A DNA stretch of 35,387 bases from an uncultured Methanosarcinales archaeon (GTDB lineage Archaea; Nanobdellota; Nanobdellia; Woesearchaeales; CAYVYK01), in the NCBI GenBank assembly GCA_964455675.1, contig CAYVYK010000017.1, forward strand, positions 1 to 35,387. The letters run 5' to 3'. Made by a program: the position numbers and the translations under genes. The notes under the pieces were generated by a model. It saw only the letters and a list, made by a program, of their open reading frames with translations. It was not told the DNA's origin and searched no databases. Numbering within the stretch: position 1 is the stretch's first letter; each line of letters begins with the position of its first letter. Below, one piece after another: positions 1 to 10,410 of the stretch.

Positions 1-2
1 GG

Positions 3-15
3 CAAAACATTTATA
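3..15 (+). promoter_or_regulatory. Archaeal BRE-TATA promoter of tmk (probably leaderless mRNA)
   Basis: caaaacatttata ends 25 nt before the ATG at 40; no SD. Confidence 0.6.
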
Positions 16-39
16 GCCCTCATTGCACTATACCTTCGT

Positions 40-810
40 ATGAAAACGCTCGCGCGCGGGGTTCTCATCGTCATCGACGGAACGGATGGTTCTGGCAAGG
101 CCACGCAGACGAAACTTCTAGTTGATGCGCTGCGGTTCGATGGCTATGCTGTTGAAGTAACAGACTTTCCGCAGTATGGCAAGAAAAGCGCGGGGCTTGT
201 TGAGGAATACCTCAATGGCGAATACGGGACTCCCGATGGTGTCGGTCCGTATCGCGCATCCATATTCTACGCCTGTGACCGCTATGCCGCCTCAAAAAAG
301 ATGAAGCAATGGCTGAATGATGGTCGAGTGATCATCTCGAACCGATATGTCTCGAGCAATATGGGCCACCAGGGCGGTAAGATCCTTGATAAGGCAGAAC
401 GTAAGAAATATCTTGACTGGAATTATGATCTGGAGTTCAACATCTTTGATATCCCAAAGCCCGACCTGAATATTCTCTTGTATGTACCTCCGCAGGTGGG
501 TCAGGAGCTCGTGAAGCAAAAACTTCAGTCCACACTTGATGTGTTTTCCGCTACGGACGCTGCGCAAAAGCTCAAGAGTCAGAAGGACTCGCGCAGCTAT
601 CTTGTGGGCAAGACACGTGACATTCACGAAGCGGACATTGACCATCTCAAGAACGCCGCGAATGTGTACCTCGAGATATCATCAATGTATCCTGGCTGGG
701 TGAGAATTGAATGCACAAGGAAGGGAAATCTTCTGTCAAGGGAAGCGATCCACAGGGCAGTGCTTGATGAAGTGCGAAAATTGCTCTCATCAAAAATTTC
801 TAAACTGTAG
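40..810 (+). CDS. tmk: Thymidylate kinase
   Basis: P-loop IDGTDGSGKATQ, FYACDR, IISNRYVSSN, PKPDLNILL motifs of dTMP kinase. Confidence 0.92.
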   Translation: MKTLARGVLIVIDGTDGSGKATQTKLLVDALRFDGYAVEVTDFPQYGKKSAGLVEEYLNGEYGTPDGVGPYRASIFYACDRYAASKKMKQWLNDGRVIISNRYVSSNMGHQGGKILDKAERKKYLDWNYDLEFNIFDIPKPDLNILLYVPPQVGQELVKQKLQSTLDVFSATDAAQKLKSQKDSRSYLVGKTRDIHEADIDHLKNAANVYLEISSMYPGWVRIECTRKGNLLSREAIHRAVLDEVRKLLSSKISKL

Positions 811-914
811 GGGTTCTCGTCCGGACGTTTACCAAAATCTAGCAACAAGTGTATTACTTGCACATCATTACAGAAAGGGAAGGAATAAAGAGAAAAAAAT
901 GGGAAAAAAATAAT

Positions 915-1685
915 CTACCGTACGATGCCGCCGATATCAGCTCGTGCAGCAATGATACAGTCTGGATCCCACTGGACACACTGTTGGTATTCGTGCAATG
1001 CTCCTCGTCCGCACATGGGTGCCGTGTGAGGCATCACATTAACGATCGTATGGATGTACTGGAGTCCGTCACCTGGATTTGTGATGACTTCGCACAGATA
1101 GACTGGGCCTCCACCGAATGACGACAGTGAGTACGTTGTTGTCGAGGATTCACCTTGGTCTGCGCAACACCACGGCTGTTGTCCATAATCTTCGCAATCC
1201 GCACCGCATATTGATGTTGATGGACAAAGCATGCTTCCCTGTTGGCAAGCCCAGGAGTTTTCCTGTGTTGTGACGAGTGGTACACTGCCGGAGTATTGTG
1301 GTGGTGCATTGAAGTTTTCGCATGTTATGGCTTGAGGATACCCTGGTGTTGTTTCGTACACTGCTCGTGCCATGATTTCAACAGCGTATGGCCAGGCAAA
1401 GAATTCGCAGTCAGTCCACTGAATGAGATCATAGTCGATGCAGCAATCAATAAATCCCATCCCATGTTTGTTGGCGGAAGTTCCTGATCCGCCACTTAAT
1501 CCTCCGCTTGATCCTCCACCTAGCGGCTGGCTTCCGATAGTTTGGAGCGATACGCGTCCCGTGACCGGTTCTGTTGATTTCTTGGCGATACTATTAATTG
1601 TCATGACCATCGCAAGGCCGACAATGACAACCGCTGCGATGACAACGGTTGAATTAGAATACCAGGATTCAGCTCTTTTCTTCAT
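915..1685 (-). CDS. Membrane-anchored/secreted Cys-rich surface protein
   Basis: Likely start MKKRAESW (ATG 1685); one N-terminal hydrophobic helix, Gly/Ser linker (GGGSSGGLSGGSG), 14 Cys in the C-terminal region. Confidence 0.75.
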   Translation of the reverse strand: MKKRAESWYSNSTVVIAAVVIVGLAMVMTINSIAKKSTEPVTGRVSLQTIGSQPLGGGSSGGLSGGSGTSANKHGMGFIDCCIDYDLIQWTDCEFFAWPYAVEIMARAVYETTPGYPQAITCENFNAPPQYSGSVPLVTTQENSWACQQGSMLCPSTSICGADCEDYGQQPWCCADQGESSTTTYSLSSFGGGPVYLCEVITNPGDGLQYIHTIVNVMPHTAPMCGRGALHEYQQCVQWDPDCIIAARADIGGIVR

Positions 1686-1749
1686 ACAAAGCACCTCGAC
1701 AATTGATGCTCTGTTCCTGGGGGATTCAGTATTTAAGGTTTGCCATGAT

Positions 1750-2244
1750 CTAATTGATGTACCCCGTGTTCTCCCGATCGATTCCCAATACAAATTCAAT
1801 ACTCCCTAATGCTGGCAACGTTTCAGACGATGGATAAATAAAATTTGGCAGGAACCGTTCGAGCCCCATCGCGAGTTCGGTCAGAATATGATTGTCTCCA
1901 AAGTGTTGCCTGCTTATTTCAAGCACGAGCTGCTGTGCCATCTGTTCGTCATACACGCCGATTGCATGCACGTATTCGTGCAACAACAAGTGGAAAATGT
2001 AGAAATTATACATTCCCCTGTTTGTCTGCATAAGGTTAGATAGTGCGCTCTTGTTGAGGACAATAATATTTGATCCTGGCGAGTAGAATGCACCAACGAA
2101 TCCCTCCGGGGATACTCCAAGATCGGATAATCCGACGAGGAGTCCTGCTTGTTCCTTGCCGAGGTATCTTTGAACCATTCGCTTCATAAGTGAGAACAAT
2201 TCTCCTATTGTTTGCGCGTTCCTGATTTTATTCTCCATATTCAT
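1750..2244 (-). CDS. Zincin-like (HEXXH) metalloprotein
   Basis: GAFYSPGSNIIVLN strand followed by LLLHEYVHAIG. Confidence 0.75.
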   Translation of the reverse strand: MNMENKIRNAQTIGELFSLMKRMVQRYLGKEQAGLLVGLSDLGVSPEGFVGAFYSPGSNIIVLNKSALSNLMQTNRGMYNFYIFHLLLHEYVHAIGVYDEQMAQQLVLEISRQHFGDNHILTELAMGLERFLPNFIYPSSETLPALGSIEFVLGIDRENTGYIN

Positions 2245-2365
2245 GTTTCCAAATTATCAGAACAGAGAGTCATCCATTTAAGATCAATCCTTGACCTTAA
2301 GGATGCGGCACCGTCAATGTTTTCTCAGTTATTAACAGTGGAAAACTCTCGTCAGAATCACCGAC

Positions 2366-2381
2366 CGAAACCCTTATAAAT
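2366..2381 (+). promoter_or_regulatory. rRNA operon promoter (BRE + TATA)
   Basis: cgaaacccttataaat about 190 nt upstream of the 16S 5' end. Confidence 0.7.
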
Positions 2382-2507
2382 AACCCCCATCTACCCTTCG
2401 AATTCCGTATCCAAGGAAATCTTTCCGTGGGTATATGACCTCCTTTATCAATGAAACAACACCCTACAGGGGGTTGTATCACGTGTGTACTCAAATTAAC
2501 CATTTGA

Positions 2508-2532
2508 GTATGAAGGAAATGACCCGAATACA
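2508..2532 (+). other. 5' arm of 16S processing stem (BHB-like)
   Basis: gtatgaaggaaatgacccgaa (2508-2528) pairs with 4091-4111 (21 bp, one G-U), then a 3-nt bulge GAT and a TACA/TGTA 4-bp helix. Confidence 0.85.
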
Positions 2533-2570
2533 ATTATTTTGATAGTTTCTGCTTTAGCGATTATCCACAG

Positions 2571-4046
<1,476 letters not shown>

Positions 4047-4083
4047 TTCTTTTCATCGCGATTCGCGATCGGAAGAAAAAATT

Positions 4084-4111
4084 TGTAGATTTCGGGTCAT
4101 TTCTTTCATAC
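4084..4111 (+). other. 3' arm of 16S processing stem
   Basis: tgta-gat-ttcgggtcatttctttcatac is complementary to 2508-2532. Confidence 0.85.
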
Positions 4112-4127
4112 ATTTTTTTTGCCGACT

Positions 4128-4201
4128 GGGCCCGTAGCTCAGTCCGGTAGAGTGGCTCGTTTGCACCGAGCAGGCCTCGGGTTCAAATCCCGACGGGTCC
4201 A
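4128..4201 (+). tRNA. tRNA-Ala(TGC), CCA not encoded
   Basis: Acceptor GGGCCCG/CGGGTCC-A with G3:U70; anticodon arm GCTCG-TTTGCAC-CGAGC; T arm TCGGG-TTCAAAT-CCCGA. Confidence 0.97.
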
Positions 4202-4266
4202 ATGCGAAGCATTGGAACCGTGGCGCCAAAAATTCCTCAGGAATTTTTGTGTCGCCGACGGGTCCA
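4190..4266 (+). repeat. 12-bp direct repeat of the tRNA-Ala 3' end enclosing an 11-bp inverted repeat
   Basis: ccgacgggtcca at 4190-4201 and 4255-4266; caaaaattcct-c-aggaatttttg at 4227-4249. Confidence 0.85.
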
Positions 4267-4427
4267 TGCATCCGAGTCGGCATATCACAAATATCACACT
4301 CATATCAACGCAGTTCGTCATGCTCGTCATGACGGATCAAGGGCTTAGACACCCATTCCCAGTGGGGAAATTACAACTGTTTCGTATGTTACGAAACATG
4401 TCCGAGAGGACGATTTCACGTTAATGA

Positions 4428-4446
4428 GGCCATGCATAGGTAAGGA
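4428..4446 (+). other. 5' arm of 23S processing stem
   Basis: ggccatgcataggtaagga pairs with tccttacctatgcatggct (7338-7356), 19 bp. Confidence 0.85.
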
Positions 4447-4447
4447 A

Positions 4448-7335
4448 AAGACGCTATTAGGTGGATGACTTGGCTCCAGAGCTGAAGAAGGACGAGACAA
4501 GCCTCGATACGCCTCGGCGAGCTGCATGTGAGCTTTGAACCGAGGATTTCTGAATGCGACTTCGCATTAGGACCGAAAGGTCGGGGAACGCGGGGAATTG
4601 AAACATCTTAGTACCCGCAGGAAAAGAAATCAATTGAGATGCTGCTAGTAAGAGCGACTGAACGTAGCATAAGGCAAACTGAATCCGCTGTAGTAATGCA
4701 GAGGAGATGTGGTGTTGTAGGACCCTCTTTACATCCTAGTCACGCGACCGGAACTTGGCTGGAAAGCCGGACGGCAAAGGGTGATAGTCCCGTACGGGAA
4801 GCGTGGAAGGATTTTGGGGAGTTCCTGAGTATAGCACCTCGGATATGGTGCTAGAATCCGGGAGGCATCAACTTCCAACCTTAAATACTTCTGGAGTCCG
4901 ATAGCGGAACAGTACCGTGAGGGAACGTTGAAAAGAACCCGTAACAGGAAGTTCAAAGAACCTGAAACCTAATAGCTATAGTCCGGTAGGGCACTAAGGT
5001 GTTCTACCGTTCGTTTGGAATAACGTGCCGGAGAGTTTACGTGTGTGGCAAGGGTAATTGCTTATGCAGCAAGCACCCAAAGGGAAACCAACATGCTCGC
5101 AAGAAATGAGGAGCGCCGTATGAAAGTGCGGGGAGTCATACACGTAAGATCCGAAGCCGGGCGATCTAGCCGTGAGTAGGGTGAAGTGCGGGTAATACCG
5201 TGTGGAGGCCCGAAGCGTAACTACGGGCAAGTGTTCGTGTAACTTGTGGCTAGGGGTGAAAAGCCAATCGAGCCCGGCAATAGCTGGTTCCTGCCGAAGT
5301 AGGCCGCAGTCTAGTGGCGAGGGAGATCGCATAGGCGGTAGAGCTACGGATTGGGGATTTTGGCTCCTAACGGGGTCGGTCCCCTGTCCAACTCCAAATG
5401 CTTGTGCGTCGTAGATCTTGCTAAACGGCGGCGCGGGGTAAGCTTGTGTCGCGAGACGGTAACAACCGAGACTACAGTTAAGGCCCCTAAATATCAGCTA
5501 AGTGCTATTTCGGAAGAGCGTTTAAAACCAGAGACAGCGAGGAGGTAGGCTTAGAAGTAGCCATCCTTTAAAAAGTGTGTAACAGCTTACTCGTCAAGGT
5601 TGTAAGCCTCGAAAATGGACGGGGCTAAGTTGATTGCCGATACTGTAGAGCGTCCAAAAGACGTTGGTAGGCAGGGTGTCGCGCTTGGGCAGAAGCATGC
5701 CTGGGAGGGTGTGTGGACCGAGTGCGAATGAAGATTCCGGCGGTAGTAGGAACATAGCAGAGTGAGAACCTCTGTCACCGAAAGGGCAAGGGTTCCTTGA
5801 CAATGCCGTTCAGTCAAGGGTTAGTTGATCCTAAGCAAGAGCGTAACTGTTCTTAGCGAAAGGGAAACCGGTTAATATTCCGGTACTAGCCGTGTATGTG
5901 TGGCAACACTAGTCGTGTTTCCGACGTTTTGGGGTAGATGCACACAGCTTGTCGGCTGTGCTAACTCGAGCAGGTCCGGGAAGTATCGTTGTGATGAGAA
6001 CCGGAGCAATTCGAGGAATGGTACCGCGTATGCGGGATTGCGTTGATCCCTGGAGCCCTTGAAAAGGGAACACGGAAAGATCATGGCTAATCATACCCAG
6101 AACCAGCACAGGTGCCCCAAGGTGAGAAGCCTAAGGTGTGAAGGAATAAACCATCTGAGGGAACTCGGCAAACTAGCCCCGTACCTTCGGTATAAGGGGT
6201 CCCTGCTGTTGTGTACGTATGTATGCGATAGCAGGGCTCAGTGACTAATGCGGTCCGACTGTTTAACAAAAACATAACTAACTGCTAGCCTGTAAAGGTG
6301 TGAATAGTTGGTGACGTCTGCTCAGTACAGGTACTTGAAAGCCCGGTCCAACGGGTATAAGAGCCTGCAAACAGCGGGAGTAACTATAACTCTCTTAAGG
6401 TAGCGTAATACCTTGCCGTTTGAATGACGGCTTGCATGAATGGCGTAACGAGATCGCAGCTGTCCCCAGATGGGACCCTCTGAACTCACTCTTCTGGTGC
6501 AAAGGCCAGAGACTTCCAGTGGGAAGCGAAGACCCCGTGAAACTTTACTGTAAGCTGTAGCTGTAACGTGAGTTGGGTTGTATAGCGTAAGTGGGAGCCG
6601 TTAAAGCAAAGACGCCAGTTTTTGTGTAGGCAATAATGTAACACCACTCTACTTAGTTTACGCTGCTCACTTCGAAAGAAGGACAACTGCAGTTGGACAG
6701 TTTGGCTGGGGTGGCACGCCGTTGAAAAGATATCGACGGCGCCCAATGGTCAACTCAGACCGGTTGGAAATCGGTTGTAGAGTGCAAAGGCAAAAGTTGG
6801 CCTGATTGGATTGGCACTAATCCCCAATCCAAAAGCGAAAGCTTGGCTTAGCGAACCTCTATGTCCTCCTTGATGGGGGCTAGAGATAACAGAAAAGTTA
6901 CTCCGGGGATAACAGAGTCGTCCCGCCCGAGAGTTCACATCGACGGCGGGGCTTGCTACATCGATGTCGGCTCTTCCTATCCTGGCTGTGCAGAAGCGGC
7001 CAAGGGTGGGGGTGTTCACCCATTAAAAGGGATCGTGAGCTGGGTTCACAACGCTGTGAGGCAGTTGGTTTGATATCTACTGGAAGTGTTGGAAGTCTGA
7101 AAGGAAGGATCCCCTAGTACGAGAGGAACGGGGGTTCGGCGCCTCTAGTTTATCGGTTATCCGACAGGGTATGCCGAGCAGCCACGCGCCACGTGATAAG
7201 GTCTGAATGCATCTAAGACTGAAGCACCCCTTGAAAAGAGACTTCCCGAACACGGGCAGAAGACCCGTTTAATGGAGCTGGCGTGTAAGTACGAAGCTTC
7301 GGCGACGTATTCAGCGCGCAGCACCCAACAGTTCA
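4448..7335 (+). rRNA. rrl: 23S rRNA, archaeal; ends approximate
   Basis: gaattgaaacatcttagtacc, taactataactctcttaaggtagc, PTC segments gggataacag and tcgatgtcggctc, sarcin-ricin loop agtacgagaggaac. About 2.89 kb, no intron-sized insertion. Confidence 0.98.
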
Positions 7336-7348
7336 TCTCCTTACCTAT

Positions 7349-7392
7349 GCATGGCTTTTCTTTTTTCACTTTCATGCGATTGTAGTGTGAGC
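7349..7392 (+). repeat. 23S-trailer repeat, copy 1
   Basis: 7362-7392 matches 7961-7991 at 27/31 nt; 5' part gcatggctttt and tttcatgcg recur at 9453-9477. Confidence 0.8.
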
Positions 7393-7427
7393 TATATTTT
7401 TAAACAAAAATTGATTCTCGAGGATTC

Positions 7428-7934
7428 ATGCCCACTAGGAATGGTCTATCTTGGAAGCAAATAAGAAATAAGGAGTGTATGATAAAAGGCAGAATCGCTG
7501 AGACTCTGATCGAAGAACTTTTTCTATCTCAAGGATATAACGTCTTTCGTTACGGGATGGAGAACTCAGTCCCGGGTATAATGAAATTATTGCAGGATGT
7601 GAAATCTGACGTCGCCGAACAGATCCGGAGGATGCCTGATTTTATCGTTCAAAACCCAGAGACGAATGAGGTCTTTTTTATTGAGGTTAAGTATAGGACG
7701 AGTGAAGAATTCTCATTCAACGATCTACCAAAGGGGTATCCATACGAAAACACCTACTTCATCATAGTATCCAAGAACCATATTAAATGCCTGACATACA
7801 CTGAATTGAAATCTGGGAAATCCATAAATCCGGGCTGCAAAAATTACCTAGGTAACAAGTCCGAGTTTAATATTGATAAGCAAGCCATAATTGACTTTTG
7901 CGAATTTGCGATCAAGTTTTTCGAATTTGCATAA
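7428..7934 (+). CDS. PD-(D/E)XK-family nuclease (restriction-endonuclease-like fold)
   Basis: KGRIAE helix, PDFIV, FFIEVKYR catalytic motifs; AT-rich relative to most of the window. Confidence 0.8.
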   Translation: MPTRNGLSWKQIRNKECMIKGRIAETLIEELFLSQGYNVFRYGMENSVPGIMKLLQDVKSDVAEQIRRMPDFIVQNPETNEVFFIEVKYRTSEEFSFNDLPKGYPYENTYFIIVSKNHIKCLTYTELKSGKSINPGCKNYLGNKSEFNIDKQAIIDFCEFAIKFFEFA

Positions 7935-7960
7935 ATCACCTCCTGAAATAGTATTCCTTC

Positions 7961-7991
7961 TTTTTCACTTCCATGCGAAAGTAGCGTGAGC
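7961..7991 (+). repeat. 23S-trailer repeat, copy 2
   Basis: tttttcacttccatgcgaaagtagcgtgagc versus tttttcactttcatgcgattgtagtgtgagc. Confidence 0.8.
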
Positions 7992-8048
7992 ACCATCGTT
8001 TCAAACACTACAATGATCTGAAGATAAAAACAGAATACCCGGTATGAA

Positions 8049-8747
8049 TCACTGAATCAAGCCAAACTTCCGAAGTCGCGCCCGAATGCCTCCAGGCTTT
8101 CTCTGGAAATGCGTTGCCAGCTCCCCGATGGTTTTGCCCGCAGAGAAAAGATCATTAAGCTCAGTATCCAATTGTTCCGTCCAGGGTTTATACGCATGAG
8201 GATATTTCTCCCTAATTTTTTTAAACGGGCGGCCGGACTCAAGCACAGTATGAGAACTGTTTTCAGGAGAATCGGGTGTGTGAACCTTGCGCAGGGGCAT
8301 GAATGATCCTGTGTCTCTCTCGAGGTCTCTGTGTTTTTTTTTATGGCAATCCCAGCAGAGAACCTCAAAGTTATTCAGTGTTTTTTCAAAGAAATCGGGA
8401 AATCTCTTCTCAATCAACTGCCACTTGTGATTCTCATTTGCGTAGACGTAATATTTCTTCTGAATCCTGTTATTCAGCTTCTTGCATATTTCCATTCGGC
8501 TTTTTTGGGCATGAGGTCCTCCGAGCAATCGGAGATTCTTTGGAAGCAGAAGCTCGTAGGTTTTATGATGGATAGTAATATTGTTCTTACTGCCACAGAA
8601 TTGGCAGGTGCTTCCTTTCCTTTGGAATATACGTTCCCGGAGGTAGGTACTCGTTAACTCCCTTTTGGCTTGCAAAGGAGAAACGATCATGTAATCATAT
8701 TCCTGCGGTAAATTTAGGAACTGAATTATTGCCTCCATTTCGTTCAT
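8049..8747 (-). CDS. HNH endonuclease with C-terminal HTH-like domain
   Basis: CQFCG..IHH ... NFEVLCWDCHKKKH; C-terminal AYKPWTEQLD..L..LF..GKTIGELATHFQRKPGGIRARLRK. Confidence 0.8.
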   Translation of the reverse strand: MNEMEAIIQFLNLPQEYDYMIVSPLQAKRELTSTYLRERIFQRKGSTCQFCGSKNNITIHHKTYELLLPKNLRLLGGPHAQKSRMEICKKLNNRIQKKYYVYANENHKWQLIEKRFPDFFEKTLNNFEVLCWDCHKKKHRDLERDTGSFMPLRKVHTPDSPENSSHTVLESGRPFKKIREKYPHAYKPWTEQLDTELNDLFSAGKTIGELATHFQRKPGGIRARLRKFGLIQ

Positions 8748-8844
8748 ACGTCCCCAAAAGAGTGTTCATTCTATAAAAAGTGCCCTATTTTTTCGCACAA
8801 AATATACAGAAAATTCAATATACTTCTTCATCTCACTCCTTCCC

Positions 8845-9441
8845 ATGGGAAAAAAACTTCTAGCTCTCGCAGCATCCGCTGCTTTGCTTACTGGTTGTGG
8901 TCAAAGATCATATCTCTGGACCGATCCTTTGATTGGTATTGGCAGCGATCTTATTGGTGACTTCCTCTCGGAAGCTGTCTACGGGTGCCCTCCATGCAAT
9001 GGCGTGCTAAGGACTCAGGGCGCGAAGGGACTAGGCTTGTACACCCTCGGTATTCCGGATACGGACATTGCCACCGCAATCTGTGGTTTTGATTATTACC
9101 AAGGTCATGCTGGAGGATACGGAGACACACTAGAACTCATCGGCTGCAATGATCAGGTCTGGATGGAATGGTCGTATGGGAAGCTTGGCACCATTGCGGT
9201 GAATAGTGGATTCTCGGGACCAACGGAAGCGGGTGTCCGTATGGGTGATAGTCTTGACGCTTTGATCGCTGCGTACCCAAGCGCTCATCAAGTGGAATTC
9301 TCAAGCGAAAACCAACCAACAGTGTTCATCAGCGGTAACGCAAAGTTCAGCCTCAAGGACGGACTGGTCAACGGCATCGAGGTGAACTCGCATGAGTACG
9401 ATGAGAACGCTGGCGGTGTCGGGCCGTATGAATGGTGGTAG
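8845..9441 (+). CDS. Putative lipoprotein
   Basis: MGKK + hydrophobic stretch + lipobox LLTG-C; C-terminal TEAGVRMGDSLDALIAAYP. Confidence 0.7.
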   Translation: MGKKLLALAASAALLTGCGQRSYLWTDPLIGIGSDLIGDFLSEAVYGCPPCNGVLRTQGAKGLGLYTLGIPDTDIATAICGFDYYQGHAGGYGDTLELIGCNDQVWMEWSYGKLGTIAVNSGFSGPTEAGVRMGDSLDALIAAYPSAHQVEFSSENQPTVFISGNAKFSLKDGLVNGIEVNSHEYDENAGGVGPYEWW

Positions 9442-9452
9442 CATCGCAGACA

Positions 9453-9477
9453 GCATGGCTTTTTCTATTTTCATGCG
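9453..9477 (+). repeat. 23S-trailer repeat, degenerate copy 3
   Basis: gcatggctttttctattttcatgcg shares gcatggctttt (11 nt) and tttcatgcg (9 nt) with 7349-7378, with a short internal deletion. Confidence 0.55.
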
Positions 9478-9581
9478 GGCCGGAGATTGAACGCTACCAC
9501 TTGAACCTCTCTTTTGGCCCCCCGTGGTGACAACGCCGTCCACAATAGTTTTTATGAGAGAGTTGTTTCTAAGGCGCTGCG

Positions 9582-10349
9582 ATGAGCTTCATCATGGACT
9601 TGTACAATCTGGTGTGTAAGTTTGGTTTTGTTACGATGGTTTATGAGTGGGAGCAGGCGCTCTATATCGCGAATGGTAAAATTGTTACGAAGCCCGTGCG
9701 CTGGCAGGGCAAGGATCTTGAGGGGATTGTTACTGAAGAGCGGAAGGTCTTGAGAGAATCTGGCGGTTACTGGACATTCTTGAATCCATTTAGCGATCCA
9801 TCCCTTCCAGAGAATTGGAAGCGTTCGAAAGTTACGGGCCTGCCGCGCCACCCAAAGAGGTATGAGCGAAAAGTCCTCCTTGATCCTGGTATTCGGTGGT
9901 ATGTTCCGCTCTGCCATGACGTAGTCAAGGCGTCCCAGCAGGATGACGTGCTTGATCTTGGGTATGCGGCCGTTCCCACGAATGATGAGGATCCAAAGAC
10001 AGTGATCCTGTCGTGTAATCTGCATTACAAGGTCATGGATCTTGAGCGCGCGTGGCGCGTCGTGCGTGATTACAAGAATTCCGTGAAGAAGCATACCATT
10101 TCTATTCTTTCAGAGTGCGCGCTTGGCATGTCGTACAAGGATTGGGCGGTTCCGGCAAAAGTAAAGGAAGTGCGTGATAGGACCCTCAAGCGTCTGCGCG
10201 AAGTTGTCACTGAGGATTGGGGCTTGAAGATTTTCCAGATTTACCTGACGCATCACGTGCAGGGCATCGTCCAGTTCATTGCGTATGATGGCCAAGCTCC
10301 GCTCATTATCAATCCGAACGCGGATGGATCGTCGTATACACCCGACTGA
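9582..10349 (+). CDS. SPFH/band-7 domain protein
   Basis: VYEWEQALY..GK, LDPGIRWYVP, LHYKVMD.ERA, DWGLKI pattern of the SPFH family. Confidence 0.75.
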   Translation: MSFIMDLYNLVCKFGFVTMVYEWEQALYIANGKIVTKPVRWQGKDLEGIVTEERKVLRESGGYWTFLNPFSDPSLPENWKRSKVTGLPRHPKRYERKVLLDPGIRWYVPLCHDVVKASQQDDVLDLGYAAVPTNDEDPKTVILSCNLHYKVMDLERAWRVVRDYKNSVKKHTISILSECALGMSYKDWAVPAKVKEVRDRTLKRLREVVTEDWGLKIFQIYLTHHVQGIVQFIAYDGQAPLIINPNADGSSYTPD

Positions 10350-10410
10350 TAAGGTCTGTGTTTCTTCTGTATTCTAGTTTGCGACGGTAATCGTATCCGC
10401 AACGTTCAGT

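Noticed and set aside
2561..2569. Perfect DnaA box TTATCCACA
   Set aside because: Single copy in an archaeal rRNA leader; better explained by leader/helix-1 pairing or chance.
4448..7335. rRNA introns or homing-endonuclease insertions
   Set aside because: Both rRNAs have ordinary length and continuous conserved motifs; the HNH gene lies outside the 23S.
7935..7944. atcacctcct identical to the 16S 3' end (perfect SD on the minus strand)
   Set aside because: Leads only to a 6-codon antisense ORF (MQIRKT); no support for function.
7349..9477. CRISPR array
   Set aside because: Only 2-3 degenerate repeats separated by gene-sized spacers; no cas genes.
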